Positions 60,301-64,000 of a stretch of DNA of 64,000 bases are shown here, piece after piece (position 1 is the stretch's first letter; every line of letters starts with the position of its first letter). The position numbers and the translations under genes were made by a program. This DNA comes from Paramoeba atlantica. Its lineage: Eukaryota; Protista; Discosea. The notes under the pieces are model-generated. The model searched no databases, was not told the DNA's origin, and was given only the letters and a program-made list of their open reading frames with translations. The DNA lies in assembly GCA_977017575.1 (NCBI GenBank), contig CDRNVI010000140.1, positions 124,001-188,000 of the forward strand, given 5' to 3'.

Positions 60301-61725
60301 CGACAAGCTTGGCAAGTATCAACTCCACACACAATCACAGTCGATCCTTTTGAAGAAGTTTCAACTAAAGAATCCATCAAAGATTTTGTCCCAACAGCGA
60401 ATTTTCCAAATTCATAAACACCGAGCGGGCCATTCCAGATGACGGTTGCTGCTTGTTCCACAACAGATTTAAAAAGGAGACGCGATCGAACTCCGATATC
60501 GAGTGCCATCATTCCTGGTGGAATTCCTTTGTTTCATCAAAGATAAGTTTTGTGTGAAAAAGGGGAAGAGGCCTTAAATTAATCAAAGATAAAAGGAAAA
60601 GAAGAGAAAGAGGAAGGAAAACCAGTTGAATCATCTGCGAAATCAACGACCCCATCATAAGCGAAACGATCAGCAATTACATAATCAACCGGAAAGTAAA
60701 GTTTGACTCCATTTCGAATCGCACTTGCCTTGTTGATTTAGAAAAAAAAAAAAATGTTAGAAGCAATTTTGTAAAAAGATATAAAAGAAGAGAAGCAAAA
60801 GTTTTCGGAAAGGGAAGAAGAAAAAAAAAATCCATTTTTACCTCGATCTCCTTGACAAAAGGTTCCAAATCTTCATTAAAAACCGAACTTCCAATGGGGA
60901 TATTATTTAAAAACTTCTTCATTGTAAAAGCAGGAGCACCAGCAATAATCATCATATCAACCTTGGTAATCAAGTGACGAATCATATCTTTTTTTGCCAT
61001 CAAACTTGATCCCCCAATAATCGCCAACAGAGGTCTTTGCGGAGATTCGAGAGCTTCTGAAAAATAATCGAGTTCTTTCATCATTAATAACCCTGCAGCA
61101 CGTATAGGGATATCAATTCCAATAATTGAAGAGTGAGTACGGTGCATTGTCGCAAAAGCATCTTGAACATAGACATCCGCCAGAGACGACAGAAAATTTC
61201 GGAATTGTTCCACTGCATCTTTACTAACATCGTTGCCTGTTTCTTCATTGTGGAAGCGAAGATTTTCGAGCAGAATAACTTCTCCTGGTTTGAGATGTGC
61301 ACATCTTTCTTTCACTTCACTGGTTTTTGGAAAAAAAAATCATTAAGGAGGTGTGGTGTTTTGGGGGTGGCGAAAAAAAAAAGGGGGGGGGAGAAGGGGA
61401 AAAAAATAAATTATAAAAATAGAAACCTTCCCATACAATCACTTAAAAACTCAACTGGTCGATGTAATCTTTTCGAAATCTTTTCCGCAAAAGGAGAAAG
61501 AGAGAGCTGAGGAACAAATCTGCCATTCGGTCTCCCAATATGGCTGATGAGTATCAGAGCCCCTCCCTTTTCCAAAATATATTTCATCGTCGGAATTCCC
61601 TCCATCAATCTTCTAAAGCTTACAACATGCCCATTTCGCATCTCCACATTCAAGTCCGTTCGAAGGAGGACTTTTTTCCCATTGAGTTTGACTTGGTCAA
61701 TCCCCAATTTGAGAAGAGAAGCCAT
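57376..61725 (-). CDS. Phosphoglycerate kinase-like / glucokinase fusion protein (about 1086-1110 aa, 11-12 exons)
   Basis: Exons 61725-61427, 61319-60842, 60728-60623, 60526-60260, 60204-59642, 59548-58993, 58859-58743, 58667-58531, 58469-58350, 58205-58119 and 57978-57376 are all GT-AG and phase-consistent (sum 3333 nt). PGK motifs: RTDLNV, SHIGRP, LLENLRF, WNGPLGVYE, GKVLPGVEAL. Glucokinase motifs: VDVGAS, LFPLGRTRFLNDVEA, GKGLGS, PLEAGH, WEDVCCGRG, VGDNQV, NINLLG. Confidence 0.9.
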
Positions 61726-62284
61726 TTTTCTTTCTCACTTTTTGAAAGGTTCTTTCTTTGAAGGAGAAAAATAAGACTGAGAACATGAAGTAGAAGCACC
61801 CTATCGTTTTTTTTTTCTCTTGCCTTGGTCTCTTCTTGACTTTTCTTTTGGTCTTTCTTCTTTCTTTTTGGGTTTTTTCTTGGAAGAAGTGTTTTGTCTT
61901 TTCCGTTCGCGAAGCGCTCTTTTTTCAAAGGAAGAATGCGTCCCGAAATGAATTTGTGAAAAGACTTTTTTAGTTTTCCAGTCCCCTGAAAAAACCTTCA
62001 CCGAATGAGAAAACCGAGATTTCCCCCAAAATTTTAAAGGATGCTTTTTTTTCGACTGCGCGAAAAATTGGAAGATTTTTTCTCCCGTTTTTTTTGATTG
62101 CAAATTTTTCGCCAAGCGATGCGAGTTTTCTTTGCTCCGCCGAACTTTCATTCTAATTTCGCCAGCCACCAAAATTAAATTAATTTTGGAGGAATATTCT
62201 CCTCTTTTTTTTTTGTTTTGAGGGCTTCTGTCTCTCAAAGAGTTGTTTAGAAGTTTTGAAAATGTTTGAGAACGAGAAAAAAGA

Positions 62285-62722
62285 TCAATATTTCTTTGCT
62301 GGTTTGACAATGGAAGTTTGGAGATGTTCTTCAAAATATTTGATGATCTTATTTTCCGTGCTTTTACTGACATCTCCCGTCGCTTGAAAATCCCAACGCC
62401 ATTCGCAACCCCTTTCTTCCAAACGAAACTCTTTCACTGCCTCCTCTTCAACCACAGAATCTCCACAGTCAACCCAAATGAACAGATATTTTCCCTCCAG
62501 TCCATTGAGAAGAGCCACCAATCTCTCAAATTTTTTTACTTCATCTTGAAACACCTCTTCCTCTTTGAAGTCAGCTACAGGTAAGTACAGAAGTCCGTCA
62601 AAGAGGTCACCATCAGAGATCTTCTCTTCTGATTTGAAGAAGACTTCTGATGATCTTTGGTTCAAGGAATCGGGGATGTGAGGCCAACCTAAATTCACCA
62701 AGACCTTTGGTTTGTCGTCCAT
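62285..62722 (-). CDS. Hypothetical acidic protein (about 145 aa), intronless
   Basis: Clean ATG-to-stop ORF with non-T-rich, protein-like composition (MDDKPKVLVNLGWPH...), divergent from the ankyrin gene; no family recognised. Confidence 0.55.
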   Translation of the reverse strand: MDDKPKVLVNLGWPHIPDSLNQRSSEVFFKSEEKISDGDLFDGLLYLPVADFKEEEVFQDEVKKFERLVALLNGLEGKYLFIWVDCGDSVVEEEAVKEFRLEERGCEWRWDFQATGDVSKSTENKIIKYFEEHLQTSIVKPAKKY

Positions 62723-62951
62723 CAACAAACAAAACAAAACAAAAAGGAGAATTGGCAAAACCAAAAACTGAAAAATGAGTTTCGGTTTAGAGCTCTTTTT
62801 TAGCCTTTTGAAAATTTTGATTTTGTGGGAAACAAACAAACACTTTCATTCTTCACTTTCATTCTTCACACACTCACACCCACACCTTCTCTTCTTGTTC
62901 ACACCCCAGTTAGTTGTGTGCAACACCACACACATACAAAAAAGAAAGAAG

Positions 62952-64000
62952 ATGGATGAAGAAGAAGAAACTCCAAACGAAGAAACAAAGAAACTATTTG
63001 ATAGTGTCGAGAAGGGAGCTGAAGAACTTGTCAGAGTTCTTCTCCTTGGAAAAGAAAACAAACAATTCAAACTTGATCTCAACTTTCAATTCAAAGACCA
63101 GGTCTTTTTTTTCAACAGTAGACATTTCTCTCTTGTTTCTTCTTTTCTTTTCTTTCTTTTTCGTTTTTTCTTTCTTTCTCTTTCTCTTGTTTTTTTTGCT
63201 TTTATTTTTTTTCCAACTTCTTTTTGTTCAGTATGGAGAGATCACCGCTCTTCACAAAGCTGCTTCCAAAGGATTTAAAGAAATTGTGAAGATTCTTATT
63301 GAACATGGATCCAATGTTGATCTTCAAGATAAAGTTTTGATTTTCTTTTTCTTTTATTTGAATTTCTCATTTTTATTTTTTTTCTTCTTTTTTAAAAAAC
63401 TCCTTTTTGTTCAGGGTGGCTGGACCGCTCTTCACTTAGCTGCTTCAAAAGGATTGAAAGAAATTGTGAAGATTCTTCTTGAACATGGATCCAATGTTAA
63501 TCTTCAAGCTAAAGTTTTGATTTCCTTTTTATTTTATTTTATTTTCTCATTTTTATTTATTTTTATTTATTTGTTGTTTAATTGTTGGTTCCTGATGTGT
63601 TGTGTGTGATAATTTGTTTTGTTTTGTTCTTTTTTCACAACTTTTTTTTGTTAAGGGTGGCCGGACCGCTCTTCACTTTGCTGCTCAGTGTGGTTTTGAA
63701 GAAGTTGTGAAGATTCTTATTAAACACGGATCCAATATCGATCTTCAAGATCAAGTTTTGATTTTATTTTATTTTCTGATTTTTATTTATTTGTGGTTAA
63801 TTGTTAGTTGTTCACGTTAGTTCTTGGTGTGTTGTGTGTGATAATTTATTTTATTTTATTCTTTTTTAACAACTTCTTTTGTTAAAGAAAGGCTGGACTG
63901 CTCTTCACATGGCTGCTCAGAAAGGATTTGAAGGAATTGCGAAGATTCTTATTGAGCATGGATCCAATGTTGATCTTCAAAATACAGTTTTGATTTTCTC
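62952..64000 (+). CDS. Ankyrin-repeat protein, one repeat per exon; 3'-truncated by the window edge
   Basis: Exons 62952-63101, 63232-63333, 63415-63513, 63656-63754 and 63888-63986; each repeat exon encodes G.TALH.AA..G..EIVKILLEHGSNV.LQD, with phase-0 introns. Confidence 0.93.

Noticed and set aside
1-64000. CRISPR arrays, transposases, rRNA, stop-codon reassignment
   Set aside because: No repeat-spacer arrays, TE or RT motifs, terminal inverted repeats or rRNA were seen. All in-frame stops in conserved genes are explained by GT-AG introns under the standard code.

Overview
Compact, AT-rich, intron-rich eukaryotic genomic DNA read with the standard genetic code. Introns are short and T-rich (mostly about 55-130 nt), and divergent start codons are often only about 130-340 bp apart. 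Gene content (WASP, Roco LRR-ROC-COR-kinase, Frizzled/Smoothened-like GPCRs, Ras paralogues, cathepsin Z) suggests an amoebozoan-type protist; this is inference, not a database result. About 25 protein-coding genes and one intron-containing tRNA-Tyr nested in a spliceosomal intron can be supported. The most striking object is a spliced gene (57376-61725, minus strand, about 1090-1110 aa) that fuses a phosphoglycerate-kinase (PGK) domain with degenerate catalytic motifs to a bacterial/trypanosomatid-type glucokinase and an NLS-bearing tail; it is a candidate glycolytic sensor or regulated kinase. Other oddities: a Roco protein whose ROC domain has lost its GTP-binding motifs, a CAAX-less Ras with an N-myristoylation signal, an NAD kinase with a PTS1, a CAAX-ending cytochrome b5, a cathepsin Z/Frizzled-like GPCR duplication cluster, and an ankyrin gene built from one-repeat-per-exon cassettes. 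Exon boundaries were placed by hand from GT-AG sites and reading phase, and family assignments come from motif recognition, not from searches.
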